Positions 1-10,700 of a stretch of 52,505 nucleotides of DNA are shown here, piece by piece (position 1 is the first letter of the stretch; the number at the start of each line of letters is the position of its first letter). The notes below the pieces were generated by a model that made no database searches, was not told the DNA's origin, and saw only the letters and a list, made by a program, of their open reading frames with translations. The stretch lies in IMG/VR virus record IMGVR_UViG_3300046786_000203, positions 1 through 52,505 of that record; one strand, given 5' to 3'. Source of the DNA: a virus. Lineage: Duplodnaviria > Caudoviricetes. A program made the translations under genes and the position numbers.

Positions 1-1
1 T

Positions 2-1144
2 AATAACCCTGCTTCTCAGCCCCCACCTCAACAACCAGGACCAGCATTAGCATCGGCACCCCCTCCACCAGGTGCTCCTACAACAAGTGCGGCGCCTACA
101 GCTAATAATCCACAACCTAAGCCAGGTGAAGTTCAGACTGCAGGTTCTAGTAAGCCAGCAAATAATGCAAGTTCAAATAGTAGTTCTAGTGGCCCGTCAG
201 CATTAGCAATGAGTGTTGTTGCTAGTGTACAAGCTAAAGTTACTGCTACAGAAAAAGCAACAGTTCAGCAAGCAAATGAGGCTGCCGCTACAGCGACAGC
301 ACAAGCAGTACAAACTGCTGAATCAGTTGCAAGCACAGCGCAAGCAAATAGCATCGCAAGTAGCATGAGTTCCACTACAAGTACTAGTAGCTCTAGTGGC
401 GGTTATGTTGCAACTACTCAGACTTCTACAGGTGGATTCTCACTACAAGCTAATACCCAAACTAGCGTTGTGTCTGTAAGTGTGTTAAAACCATACAGTC
501 CAACTATAGATGCTACGATTAATTCAACAGGATCATCTTCAGTTGTTCCTGGTCTAGACGTAATTAGAGTCAACACAAATAATTCAACACAAGTAGCAAT
601 GGTTCAACAACAGCAAGTTGTAGTTCAGCCATTGCAGGCTCCGCAACAAGTTCAGCAACAAACATCGCAAATGTATCAAGCCCCAGTTCAAATGATGCAA
701 CCACCTGTTAGCTACTCGTTGACAGAACCTAGTAAATTTAACTTTGAAATGACTAGAAAACAGGAAGTATCATCAGTGACAGAAGTAGAAGTTCCAAAGT
801 CTGACACATTAAAAATGGGAACCAGAAGTACATTAAATGACTATATGAATGAAAAACCATTAATGGCATTGATGGGCATGGAACCTACACAAGATGGTAT
901 GGTTAAACGTAATGTTCAACCAAATGAGGCTGCAGGTGGAGTTGATATTGCTAGTATTGCGACACAACCAAAAGGATATGATGCGTATGCTCAAATGACA
1001 TTAAAGGATACTGCATTCTACAAAGCAGAAGATATATACAAAGGTCAGCGAAATGTTGACAACGCAAGATTGTTAAGAGGACTGACTGGTGGTAGCGATA
1101 GACTACACCAGGATATGGTCAATCAACAATACAAAGGAAATTGA
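2..1144 (+). CDS. Low-complexity P/S/T/Q-rich hypothetical protein, 5'-truncated by the window edge
   Basis: The frame of ORF 209..1144 stays open back to base 2 (NNPASQPPPQQP...). Confidence 0.75.
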   Translation, partial: NNPASQPPPQQPGPALASAPPPPGAPTTSAAPTANNPQPKPGEVQTAGSSKPANNASSNSSSSGPSALAMSVVASVQAKVTATEKATVQQANEAAATATAQAVQTAESVASTAQANSIASSMSSTTSTSSSSGGYVATTQTSTGGFSLQANTQTSVVSVSVLKPYSPTIDATINSTGSSSVVPGLDVIRVNTNNSTQVAMVQQQQVVVQPLQAPQQVQQQTSQMYQAPVQMMQPPVSYSLTEPSKFNFEMTRKQEVSSVTEVEVPKSDTLKMGTRSTLNDYMNEKPLMALMGMEPTQDGMVKRNVQPNEAAGGVDIASIATQPKGYDAYAQMTLKDTAFYKAEDIYKGQRNVDNARLLRGLTGGSDRLHQDMVNQQYKGN

Positions 1145-1145
1145 T

Positions 1146-1286
1146 ATGACAGACACGGAAATAGTACTGACAATTGTAACATGCATGTTGTTAGTATATG
1201 CAGGCATACTCTCGCATATATTATATAAGATTGTAGGGGCGATGCTTACAGAAGCAGATAAGAAGAAAAAGAATTCATTGTTTTAA
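1146..1286 (+). CDS. Small membrane protein
   Basis: AAGGA RBS; MTDTEIVLTIVTCMLLVYAGILSHILY is a hydrophobic helix, followed by a basic tail. Confidence 0.55.
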   Translation: MTDTEIVLTIVTCMLLVYAGILSHILYKIVGAMLTEADKKKKNSLF

Positions 1287-1296
1287 AGGAAATGAT

Positions 1297-1884
1297 ATGA
1301 CAGAAGAAATTAAAGATGTTAATGCAAAGATTGACGCAGCCGAAGAGGCTATGAAGAAGTACGCTAGTGCAAACACAGTTATTAGTATCGGTGGGTATGA
1401 ATTTACACCTGCTAAACTAATGGTAGCTTTCACTATCGCAAGTTCTACATTAGGTGGATTGTACGGTGCGTTTGAAGTATACAAAGACTATCAAAGCATG
1501 AAGAAAAAGATTGCTGAATATAGTGCACCAGACTTATCCGGGTTTGACAAGCGTTTAGCAGTCATTGAAGAAAACAGTGCCAAAACTAGTGACTACACAC
1601 GTGATATCAAAACAGACTTGAAGAACGACTTACGCCGTAATGAATCTGTAACAGAGCAGGTAGAGCGTAGTGTCAAGCAAGCCCAACGTGAAACTGAATC
1701 CGAAATGCGTGAAATGCGTAAAGCAGTTCGTGAGGATTTAGAAAAGGCACGTAATGAAGCCAATACTATTCGTAGAGAAATGGCTGATGCCCGTAGAGAA
1801 ATCGAGCGTGAGGTTGTCCAATTGAAGAAGGAAGTGGACAACAAAATCCAAAAGGCTATTGACAATCCACTTGCAAACAAGTAA
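1297..1884 (+). CDS. Coiled-coil protein with one predicted TM segment
   Basis: RBS; hydrophobic segment followed by a long E/K/R-rich helical region. Confidence 0.75.
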   Translation: MTEEIKDVNAKIDAAEEAMKKYASANTVISIGGYEFTPAKLMVAFTIASSTLGGLYGAFEVYKDYQSMKKKIAEYSAPDLSGFDKRLAVIEENSAKTSDYTRDIKTDLKNDLRRNESVTEQVERSVKQAQRETESEMREMRKAVREDLEKARNEANTIRREMADARREIEREVVQLKKEVDNKIQKAIDNPLANK

Positions 1885-1893
1885 AATGTCTTA

Positions 1894-2754
1894 ATGAGTC
1901 ATTATGTAGTTGCGTTTAGAGGCGGTGCGTCAGGACGCTTTGTGGCAAATCTTGTATGGATGATGATACAAGATTTGCCATTTGACCTAACATTTACCCC
2001 TGAAAATTCTGCACACGAGCATAACCCGTGGTGCGTGACATGGAATAGTGTTATTGGTGCCGAACATAATGCCAAAGAAGTTTATCAAAATTGGAGATTT
2101 TCTGTACCTGACAACGGACTCTTTATAAGTCATACCTATCCCAATTTCAAAGTAATAAATGAGAGAATGCCTGATTTACGTGTTATCATAATTACTTTTA
2201 GTAAGGATGATTTGTTAGAAATCGCTACTAACATGATTCATAAAAATTTACTACCGGTATTAAAGAATTTTGCAATATACAATGATAAAGAGCAACTTTT
2301 TAAAAAGGTTCCTAAAAAAGAATACGACATGTACTACATAGCATATGTAAGAATGTATGGTAAACCGATGAGAAATACACCCGAGTTATGTAGTAATCGT
2401 GAATTCATTGATACAATGATCTATTTAAAATATGATACCCAGCTAGAAAATTGGAGAACTCATGAATTCTTTGAGGATAGTGGTATAGTTGTAAATAAGA
2501 ACTCTCTTGTTATTAAGTTTGCAGATATTTTTAAACAAGAGGATGACTCATTTGTAGCTCTCAATCAACTAAGAAAATTCTTAGATATAAACGTCAGTGA
2601 AGAAACTACCCAAGCAGTAAACACTGCATATGCACAGTACGTTAATAATCGTACTGAATTTTTAAAAAACAATTTACCTATAGAAACTTATGAAGACTTT
2701 CAAATCAGAAAAAATGCCACACTTGTACCTAGACATGGACGGAGTCCAAGCTGA
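1894..2754 (+). CDS. Hypothetical protein, possible sulfotransferase-like P-loop fold
   Basis: N-terminal RGGASGRF motif; 286 aa ORF. Confidence 0.55.
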   Translation: MSHYVVAFRGGASGRFVANLVWMMIQDLPFDLTFTPENSAHEHNPWCVTWNSVIGAEHNAKEVYQNWRFSVPDNGLFISHTYPNFKVINERMPDLRVIIITFSKDDLLEIATNMIHKNLLPVLKNFAIYNDKEQLFKKVPKKEYDMYYIAYVRMYGKPMRNTPELCSNREFIDTMIYLKYDTQLENWRTHEFFEDSGIVVNKNSLVIKFADIFKQEDDSFVALNQLRKFLDINVSEETTQAVNTAYAQYVNNRTEFLKNNLPIETYEDFQIRKNATLVPRHGRSPS

Positions 2755-3247
2755 CTTCTTTGGTGCGTGGGCAGATAAACACGGTGTCAGTCATTGGAAA
2801 GCAATTGACAACAAAGAAAACGAAATTGAAATATTAGCAAACAGTACATCGGAACAAGTGTATAGCTTCTTTCGCAACTTGCGTCCTTTGCCAGGGGGCA
2901 TGAAAATAATCAAGTGGTTACAAGATAACGATATCCCTTATACTGTGTTGTCAGCACCATTACGCGGTCCATATGCTGATGCAAGCAAACAAGCTAAAAA
3001 AGATTGGCTTGACGAGTTCCATACAGGGTCAAGTGCAAACGCTATCTTCACTAGTAGAAAGCAACTGTATGCAATAAGTGACGGTGTTGCTAACGTACTA
3101 GTTGATGACTTTGGTCCATATATTCAGAAGTGGACAGATGCTGGTGGTATTCCTGTCAAGCATGAAGATGAGTCTGAGGTATCTACTGCGGCTAATGACA
3201 CTATTAGACAATTGGAACAAATTTATTCCCCGTTTTTGAATAAATAA
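2690..3247 (+). CDS. HAD-family 5'(3')-deoxyribonucleotidase-like protein
   Basis: LYLDMDGV motif I, LSAP motif, KKDWL and LVDD motif. Confidence 0.85.
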   Translation: MKTFKSEKMPHLYLDMDGVQADFFGAWADKHGVSHWKAIDNKENEIEILANSTSEQVYSFFRNLRPLPGGMKIIKWLQDNDIPYTVLSAPLRGPYADASKQAKKDWLDEFHTGSSANAIFTSRKQLYAISDGVANVLVDDFGPYIQKWTDAGGIPVKHEDESEVSTAANDTIRQLEQIYSPFLNK

Positions 3248-3301
3248 TAGGGCAATCAATTAATGATAAGTATTGAAATAACTATAGAAAAATGTTAAAC
3301 T

Positions 3302-3490
3302 ATGTCTAACAAGGGCCCAGGTTCAGAACAGCAAAGATATGAAGTAATCACTCAACAGGATGAAAAATCCGGTGATTTGCTTTTGCCTATCCCTCCCGTA
3401 CTATTAGCTAAAATGGGATGGAAAGAGGGAGATGATATTGATTTTGCAGTGGATGACAATGGCAGACTTGTCTTAAAAAAGAAAACATAA
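3302..3490 (+). CDS. AbrB/MazE-like DNA-binding protein
   Basis: GDLLLPIP..LLAKMGWKEGDDIDF swapped-hairpin signature. Confidence 0.75.
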   Translation: MSNKGPGSEQQRYEVITQQDEKSGDLLLPIPPVLLAKMGWKEGDDIDFAVDDNGRLVLKKKT

Positions 3491-3939
3491 TGTCAGATAC
3501 AATTTACATAAACTCTCCCGATACAATGTTGGACGATACAATAACAATCACTGGCGCAGTCGGTGCAACTAGTAGTTCATTGGATATAGATTGGGGACTC
3601 AGTCCTTCATATGTGTTTAGCAATACAGGGGCAGCCGGTCAGGTATACACAACAACTGGTACAGGCGCATCTTCATGGGCAACTATTTCAGCAGATCCCA
3701 ATCTACAGGGAAACACATTAGAGGTTAGAGGAGACGCTAACTTTGAGGGTGATGTAAAGATAAAGGGCAAGAGTATCTGTGATTCACTAGAACGAATCGA
3801 AGACCGATTAGCTATCCTTCGTCCAAATGAAGAACTAGAAGCTAAATGGGAAAACTTGCGCGGTTTACGTAAAGCTTACATGGAGCTTGAAGCCGAAATC
3901 ATCGAAAAAGAAAAGGTTTGGGGAATACTAAAGCGTTAA
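3490..3939 (+). CDS. Hypothetical phage protein
   Basis: 149 aa ORF coupled to the previous stop; C-terminal coiled coil. Confidence 0.7.
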   Translation: MSDTIYINSPDTMLDDTITITGAVGATSSSLDIDWGLSPSYVFSNTGAAGQVYTTTGTGASSWATISADPNLQGNTLEVRGDANFEGDVKIKGKSICDSLERIEDRLAILRPNEELEAKWENLRGLRKAYMELEAEIIEKEKVWGILKR

Positions 3940-3953
3940 TACTTTAGTAGTAC

Positions 3954-3982
3954 TTGACTTTTATTCTATGATCCGCTATAAT
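3954..3982 (+). promoter_or_regulatory. Sigma70-type promoter
   Basis: TTGACT-17 nt-TATAAT. Confidence 0.7.
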
Positions 3983-4011
3983 TGACTATAATTCACTATG
4001 AAATATACATC

Positions 4012-4404
4012 ATGACCATGCATCTAGCACATCCCTCATTGTCAATGGGCGGTAAGCGTAAGGGTAAAGTTAAGTTTCGCAATGCTGAGGAAGCACGTAA
4101 GGCACGTGAGCTTGACGCATCATGGAAAGAACTTCAAAAGAAATGGGACGTAGAGGCCGAGGACAAAAAGCGCAAACGTGCATTGGCGTCAGAGCCTTTG
4201 ACATATAAGTTATCAGCCCCCGTAGGCCGCTCTACATCCAATCATATTCCCAGCCGTGTAACTGAGGGTGGCTCTACTGCACCTGTTCACAAAGTTTACA
4301 CAGGCAACAAAATTATCGGTATCGGTACTATGCACAAGAGTAATGCTGTGCCTATCTTCTCCGACGAGCAAGCAAAAGATATCTCTAGGATGCGCCGTGG
4401 CTGA
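4012..4404 (+). CDS. Conserved hypothetical phage protein
   Basis: C-terminal YTG..IIGIGTMHKSNAVPIF motif that I recall from T4-like phage hypothetical proteins; start moved downstream of the promoter. Confidence 0.7.
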   Translation: MTMHLAHPSLSMGGKRKGKVKFRNAEEARKARELDASWKELQKKWDVEAEDKKRKRALASEPLTYKLSAPVGRSTSNHIPSRVTEGGSTAPVHKVYTGNKIIGIGTMHKSNAVPIFSDEQAKDISRMRRG

Positions 4405-4675
4405 TTATAATTACTACTGTGAAGTTGAATACGACCGTGCTGATATCAAGCCGGGTGTCTATTCGTTCAGGGCAGTCAACGGCAACACGCTAGGTTACAA
4501 CCGTTTAATCACACTCAGCAACAAAATCTGGCGCCAAGGGCCTCATGGCGGAGTAAAGATTGTTAAAAGTAGACACGAATTCGCGGGTACTCAGTATGTC
4601 ACCCGTGATGAAGAAGTGATGAAGAAATTCATGTGGGTTAAACTTCAAGCCCAACCATACAACAAAGGAGCGTAA
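4397..4675 (+). CDS. Hypothetical protein
   Basis: GTG start overlapping the previous stop, within ORF 4268..4675. Confidence 0.55.
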   Translation: MADYNYYCEVEYDRADIKPGVYSFRAVNGNTLGYNRLITLSNKIWRQGPHGGVKIVKSRHEFAGTQYVTRDEEVMKKFMWVKLQAQPYNKGA

Positions 4676-4686
4676 AGCAAAAGCAT

Positions 4687-4902
4687 ATGGCTAAAGAAGA
4701 AGGTATTAAGATGGATGGTAAGGTAATAGACGTATTACCCAATGCCGTCTTTAGAGTCACATTAACTGGTGGGCAACAGGTCACTGGATATATCTCAGGT
4801 AAAATGCGTAAACATGATATCAAGATTCTACTAGGTGATACTGTAGAAATTGAGTTCAGCCCGTATGACCTGACAAAAGGAAGAATTGTAAGGCGCAGAT
4901 AA
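4687..4902 (+). CDS. infA: Translation initiation factor IF-1
   Basis: [26 protein letters not shown]...[35 protein letters not shown]. Confidence 0.97.
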   Translation: MAKEEGIKMDGKVIDVLPNAVFRVTLTGGQQVTGYISGKMRKHDIKILLGDTVEIEFSPYDLTKGRIVRRR

Positions 4903-5525
4903 TGCAATTCTATGATAGTTTCTTAGGACATGATCCTGGAAGTGATTTCAATTCACTAGGTCATCGTTGTAAAGAAATAAAAGATATCAATCTGCAAAAC
5001 TATATTTTATTTGCCGGCGACAACATAGGTGTTGGGCTTGGTACACCTATTGAGGAAACTTATCCTTACTTAGTAGCAAACAAGTTGAAAACAGATTATT
5101 ATAATCTGAGCATATTCAACGGTGGATTAGATGCACTTAGATATAATTTAATCACTTGGTTTACTGTTATAAAACAAAGACCAAGGGCTGTTGTTGTTAG
5201 TTGTGAATTTTTAAACTCATTAATAGTATCAGACCAAAACTATTCATATTACGATTATTGCAACCTAGATGATGCTGATGTACAAGACTTATTAGATGCG
5301 GGGAACATGACCGGGTTCTTCAATGCTAGACATATGTTCGCTGATAAACAAATCAGTAATCTAATCACTACTCCTATCTATCAGATAATCTTTAAAGATA
5401 AACAACCTGCATTTACTCACAATATTATAAACATAACACACTCTGATGATATGTTTGACCATGATAAAATATCTGATAACTTAGTCAGTCAGATTAGAAA
5501 AAGAATGGGGACAGTTAGACCATGA
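4902..5525 (+). CDS. SGNH-like hypothetical protein (paralog of the next gene)
   Basis: FNSLGHR, LFAGDN..VGLG and YYNLSI motifs shared with 5522..6280. Confidence 0.65.
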   Translation: MQFYDSFLGHDPGSDFNSLGHRCKEIKDINLQNYILFAGDNIGVGLGTPIEETYPYLVANKLKTDYYNLSIFNGGLDALRYNLITWFTVIKQRPRAVVVSCEFLNSLIVSDQNYSYYDYCNLDDADVQDLLDAGNMTGFFNARHMFADKQISNLITTPIYQIIFKDKQPAFTHNIINITHSDDMFDHDKISDNLVSQIRKRMGTVRP

Positions 5526-6280
5526 AGTTCTATAACGATTTTATAGGTGAGGATTCGAATAATACCAAATTAAATTTTCTACACGGTAACGGTGACAGTG
5601 AAGAAAATTATCTAGCCAATCTAAAAACTCAACCCGATGATTGGTATTATAGAGAAACTAAAATTGAGTATTCTTTTAACTCATATGGTCATCGTTCTAA
5701 AGAGATAAAAGATTTAGACTTTGATAATTATTTGCTTTTTTTGGGATGCAGTCATACTCAGGGAGTGGGAGTAAAACTCGAAGAATCTTATCCCTATCTA
5801 TTAGCAAAGACACTCAAATGTGACTACTATAACTTAGGTATATCTGCCACCGGGATAGATGTTCTTGAATATAACTTACTGACATGGTTCTTTAAGTTCA
5901 ACAAAAAACCACGTGCAGTGATTACACAATTTCCCGATCACAGTCGTTTTTTGTCTTGCTATCCGGGATATGACAATCTAATACCCAACGGTAGTTGGAA
6001 CATAGGTTCTGACAAGAATGTTGAAAAATTACTTGTTAACGGCGAGACTACTGGATTCTTTCACGCTAGAAAGAACATATCATATCGCTTAATCAATACC
6101 GTTGTGCAAGTTCCTACAGTCAGAATCAATTACGGTAGTCAAGTAGCATATGATACAATAGACGAATTTAGATTTAGGAGACTAGATTTAGCCAGAGACT
6201 TATCTCATCCGGGTATCAAGTCTCATAAGGAAGTAGCTAGTAATGTGCATAATGTCATTAAGTCTCTTATCCGAGAATAA
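5522..6280 (+). CDS. SGNH/GDSL-like hydrolase-fold protein
   Basis: LGCSHTQGVG, YYNLGISATG and C-terminal DLSHPG motifs. Confidence 0.65.
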   Translation: MKFYNDFIGEDSNNTKLNFLHGNGDSEENYLANLKTQPDDWYYRETKIEYSFNSYGHRSKEIKDLDFDNYLLFLGCSHTQGVGVKLEESYPYLLAKTLKCDYYNLGISATGIDVLEYNLLTWFFKFNKKPRAVITQFPDHSRFLSCYPGYDNLIPNGSWNIGSDKNVEKLLVNGETTGFFHARKNISYRLINTVVQVPTVRINYGSQVAYDTIDEFRFRRLDLARDLSHPGIKSHKEVASNVHNVIKSLIRE

Positions 6281-6289
6281 ATACAAGTT

Positions 6290-6619
6290 ATGAATATAAC
6301 GATAACAGAATCAGCACAAGGAAAGATAGCAGAAATACTATCTGAAGAAAACAATCCTGCACTTAGATTACGCATGTTTGTGCAGGGCGGTGGATGTTCC
6401 GGTATGAGCTATGGATTTAGCTTAGACGAAGAAAAGAATGAGGACGACTTTGAGATTCCAGCAGGTTCATCAAGTGTCCTAGTTGACAGTATGAGCTTTC
6501 AATATGTTGATGGGGCCACTGTTGATTTCGTAGACGATTTACAGGGTTCTAGATTCTCAATCAATAACCCTCAAGCTAAAACAAGCTGTGGATGTGGGAG
6601 TTCGTTTAGTCCGTATTGA
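6290..6619 (+). CDS. erpA: A-type Fe-S cluster carrier (ErpA/IscA, HesB family)
   Basis: GGGCSGMSY and C-terminal SCGCGSSF motifs. Confidence 0.9.
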   Translation: MNITITESAQGKIAEILSEENNPALRLRMFVQGGGCSGMSYGFSLDEEKNEDDFEIPAGSSSVLVDSMSFQYVDGATVDFVDDLQGSRFSINNPQAKTSCGCGSSFSPY

Positions 6620-6643
6620 TAAATACAATATGAGGACTAAACT

Positions 6644-7738
6644 ATGGCAATTCCAGGCATTCAGGATATAAATATAGGCTTACAAAACGAATCAGCAGGA
6701 AGCGATTCATTATTCACAGCCTTCAACAAAACACAAACAAACTTTACAACCCTATTCAATAGCGCAAGCCCCTACAACACATTTACTGGTGTAGGGATTA
6801 ATGCAAATGCTGATTCAGGGTCCGGAACTGTAACATTAACAAATACTGGTGTCACTAGTATCATTGCGGGCACTGGAATAGTTATAGATCAGGCTAACGG
6901 AAATGTTACTATTTCCAGTACGGGTGGCGGTAACGGCGCAGGCGGTACTGTAACTAGCGTCGGTGTACAGCCCGTAAGTTCATCTAGAATCACTGTTTCC
7001 GGTAGTCCAATTACAACAAATGGTAATATTACACTTGATTTAGCTACTACTAGTGTAACCCCAGGATCATATACATACCCTACAATGACTGTAGATTCCT
7101 ATGGCAGGGTAACTAGTATATCTAGTGCTAGCTCAGTTGGTACTGTAACTAGCGTAGGTATATCTCCTGGTACAGGTATTAGTGTAACCGGTAGCCCTGT
7201 CACAACTAGTGGTACAATGACGGTCATCAATACGGGTGTTACACGTATCAGTGCAGGAGCTGGTATCAGTGTTAGCGGACCAAATGGTAATATCACTATT
7301 TCAAGTACTAGCGCAGGTGGTACTGTAACTAGTGTCGGTGTATCTAGTTCTACATTAACTGTATCAAATAGCCCTATAACTACTACAGGAACAATATCTG
7401 TAGAATTGCCCGCTAACGTAGCAATAACAGGTCAGTTCTTGTTAAACAGCAGTGAGAATTTAACATCAGGATCTGCCGCAAACTTAGCAGTAACAGCAAG
7501 CTACTTTACAACAACTGGTGCAAGCACTGCTACATTGGCAGCAGGTACAGCAGGGCAGATTAAAACATTTATGATGGTCGCAGATGGTGGTGATATGGTT
7601 ATCACTATTACAAATGCTGGCTGGAAGTCAAGTGGTACAGGCACTATCACGTTTAACGACATTGGTGATGGCTGTACTCTACAGTACATGAACAGCAAGT
7701 GGTACTGTATCGGTCAAAATGGCGTAACGTTCGCATAA
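6644..7738 (+). CDS. Virion structural/tail-fibre-like protein
   Basis: G/T/S-rich with GTVTSVG and AG.GI..(S/D)..NGN.TISS repeats; N-terminal GSDSLFTAFNK. Confidence 0.7.
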   Translation: MAIPGIQDINIGLQNESAGSDSLFTAFNKTQTNFTTLFNSASPYNTFTGVGINANADSGSGTVTLTNTGVTSIIAGTGIVIDQANGNVTISSTGGGNGAGGTVTSVGVQPVSSSRITVSGSPITTNGNITLDLATTSVTPGSYTYPTMTVDSYGRVTSISSASSVGTVTSVGISPGTGISVTGSPVTTSGTMTVINTGVTRISAGAGISVSGPNGNITISSTSAGGTVTSVGVSSSTLTVSNSPITTTGTISVELPANVAITGQFLLNSSENLTSGSAANLAVTASYFTTTGASTATLAAGTAGQIKTFMMVADGGDMVITITNAGWKSSGTGTITFNDIGDGCTLQYMNSKWYCIGQNGVTFA

Positions 7739-7751
7739 GCAGGATAACGAA

Positions 7752-10700
7752 ATGGCAAATACAACAATAAAAATAACACAATTGCAGAACATCGGTAACG
7801 GGCTAGCGACCAATACGTTACTACCAGTGGTAAACACTAGCGGCACAGCAATAACACAGAAAGTAACTGTAGGCAATGTCGCTAATTTCATTATGAATCA
7901 AGCAGGTAATACACTAGCGCCTGCATTCTTAGCGAATCTAGCATACTCAGTAGTCAATGCCGCACAACCTAACATCACTAGCGTTGGTACATTGAATGTT
8001 AACACGTTAAAAATATCCGGCGGCACTAACGGCTATGTACTACAAACAGACGGTACTGGTAACTTATCATGGACTACACAATCAGGAGGCGGGGGTAATG
8101 GAACTCCAGGTGGTTCTAACGCACAGATTCAGTACAATCTTAATGGCGAATTTGCCGGTGATCCAGACTTAGTATGGGATGCGGGAACAGGTAGATTATT
8201 AACATCTGCAATAGAACCCGGTGCAATATACACTGATGAATATTATTACGCTAATGGTGAGCCCTTTAGTTCAGGTAATGGTGTTCCTAGTGGTTCTAAT
8301 ACTCAAATTCAATTCAACGATGCTGGTGCGTTTGGTGGTAACACGGGGTTCACATTCAACAAAACAACAGGTATCTTCACATCACCTTTCTTAGCAGGTA
8401 ACGGTAATGGATTAGCAAACATTCAAGGTGCTAATGTAAGCGGTGCTGTATCATATGCGTCAACTGCGAATGCTGTAGCGGCAGCAAATGTGTCCGGATT
8501 AGCTTCATACACAGGTAATGTTGGCGCAAATATTGTAACTGCTAACAAAATTTCTAGCGGAGAACTATATAGCTTCTCCGGTGTAATTGTAGAGAATGCT
8601 GATTTAACCCATGGTGCGACTGCGGCGTTGCAATTACCTAACAATGCTAACTCATCAAGTCCAATACAAATAACTAACAGTTATGGAAACATTAGATTAA
8701 CTACTGGTATTACTGCCGGCTCATTGAAGAATTGGACTTTTGACCAAAACGGTGTTTTATACTTCCCCGGTGGCACAATTGCAGCCGACGACATTGAAGG
8801 TACAAACAACTTTGGATTTGAAATGCCAGCCAACGTTGGCTTTGGTATTTTAACAGACGCTGGTAATAATGAATGGTCGTTTGGAAGCAATGGTACATTA
8901 TCCGTACCTGGAATCAATAGTGCGGCTATCGAAGGTGCAGACGGATTTAATTTGAGATTCCGTGCTATAGGTGAAGATGCTAGCGCAAAACTTGAATACT
9001 ACGATGGAAATTCAACCACTTCCGCAGTAGCAGTCGGCATTAATAGCGTATCTGTTTACACTGGTGGTAATACTTGGACATTTGACCAAAACGGTAACTT
9101 AACATTACCAGGCAATACTTTTGCTGTTAACTATGCTAATGGCCAACAAGTAAACATCAGTGGTGGTAGTGGCAACACAGGCAATGTAACATTTGACAAT
9201 CAAATCGTTATTGGTACAGGTGATGAATTTGGTGGTGGTGGATTATACTTAGCACCAGGACCTGCTGAAATAGCAAATGGACAATATTTACAAGTGCGCG
9301 GCGGTGACCAACCAAGTCACATTCACTTTGACACAGGCAACAATAATTTTTACGACCAATACTTTGGTAACGATAACAAGTATGTCAAACTATCAGCAGG
9401 CGCAGATGGTAACATATTAATCGGCACTGATGACACTACCGGTAATCTTTATAGATGGACATTTGACAGTGCAGGTGACACAACTGTTCCCGGCGACATC
9501 AAAACTATCACTACTGGATTCTCATTCACCTCTAACATCAGTGATGTTGACACTACTACTGTTGCCAATGCGGTAATAGTTACATTTGTTACTAGTTCAT
9601 TATTCCCGGCTCCTGTGACAGGCCAAGTAACAATTAGTAGTGTTGTCGGAACTACTGAAACTAATGGCACTTGGTATTTTGAAGCAGTAGAAGCCAATCA
9701 GATTCAACTATATTATGATGAAGCATTACAATATCCAGTAGATGGAACTGGCTGGCCAGCATATGTCAGTGGTGGATTAGCAGTAGCGGCTGGTTATAAC
9801 AACTTGAGTATCACTGGCGGTAATGTGTCTATCATCAACAATAACGGTAATGTTTGGACATTTGATAATGCAGGTCAAATTAATATACCAGAAGGTTCTG
9901 GTTCATTCTCTCTAGGTCGTATTCAAAGTGCTAACGGTTATCCAACATTATTAGGATATGGTTCAGGTAGTCATGGTGGTCCTGAATTAGATTGGATGAA
10001 CAGTAATGATCCTGCTAATGGGTTCCAGGACAACACTGTCCTACGCAACACATTGTATATCAACGATGAAGGTTTCTATGTTGGCTTCAATGAAAATGAA
10101 GTGGCTAACACTGCTATTGTCAATTGGAAGTTTAACCCAGACGGTAGTACAATATTCCCAACATTAACTGTAGATTTACACAACGGTGGTACTCAAAATG
10201 CTCAAACATTACAGTTTGGTGATAACACACAGCAAGCAATCATAACTGGACCAACTCCTAGTGCTGATGTAAACGCACAACGATTAATCATTCAAGGTCA
10301 ACGTGGCAACGGCCAAAATAGCGAAGGCGGTGATGTTTACTTCTGGGCAGGTGATGCTGACACTTACGGCGGTGATATCAAAATCTACGCAGGTGATGCA
10401 GATAATGTATCAGCAGGTTACGGTGGTTACATCAACATTCAAGGGGGTAAAGGCTTTAATGAAGGTGGCTATGTCAATATCACAGGCGGTCAAAGCACCA
10501 ATAGTGTAGGTGCTTATGTAGGTCTCACTGGAGGCCAGGGTAGCACCACAGGCGGTGAGATTGATATTAACGGTGGTTACGGTGGCGGCAACGGTGGTAA
10601 TGTTAACATTATAGGTGGTGTCGCAGGTAATGGTCTAGGAGGATACGGCAATGTAAACATTAGTGCAGGTGCAAGTACTTGGACATTTGACAACACAGGC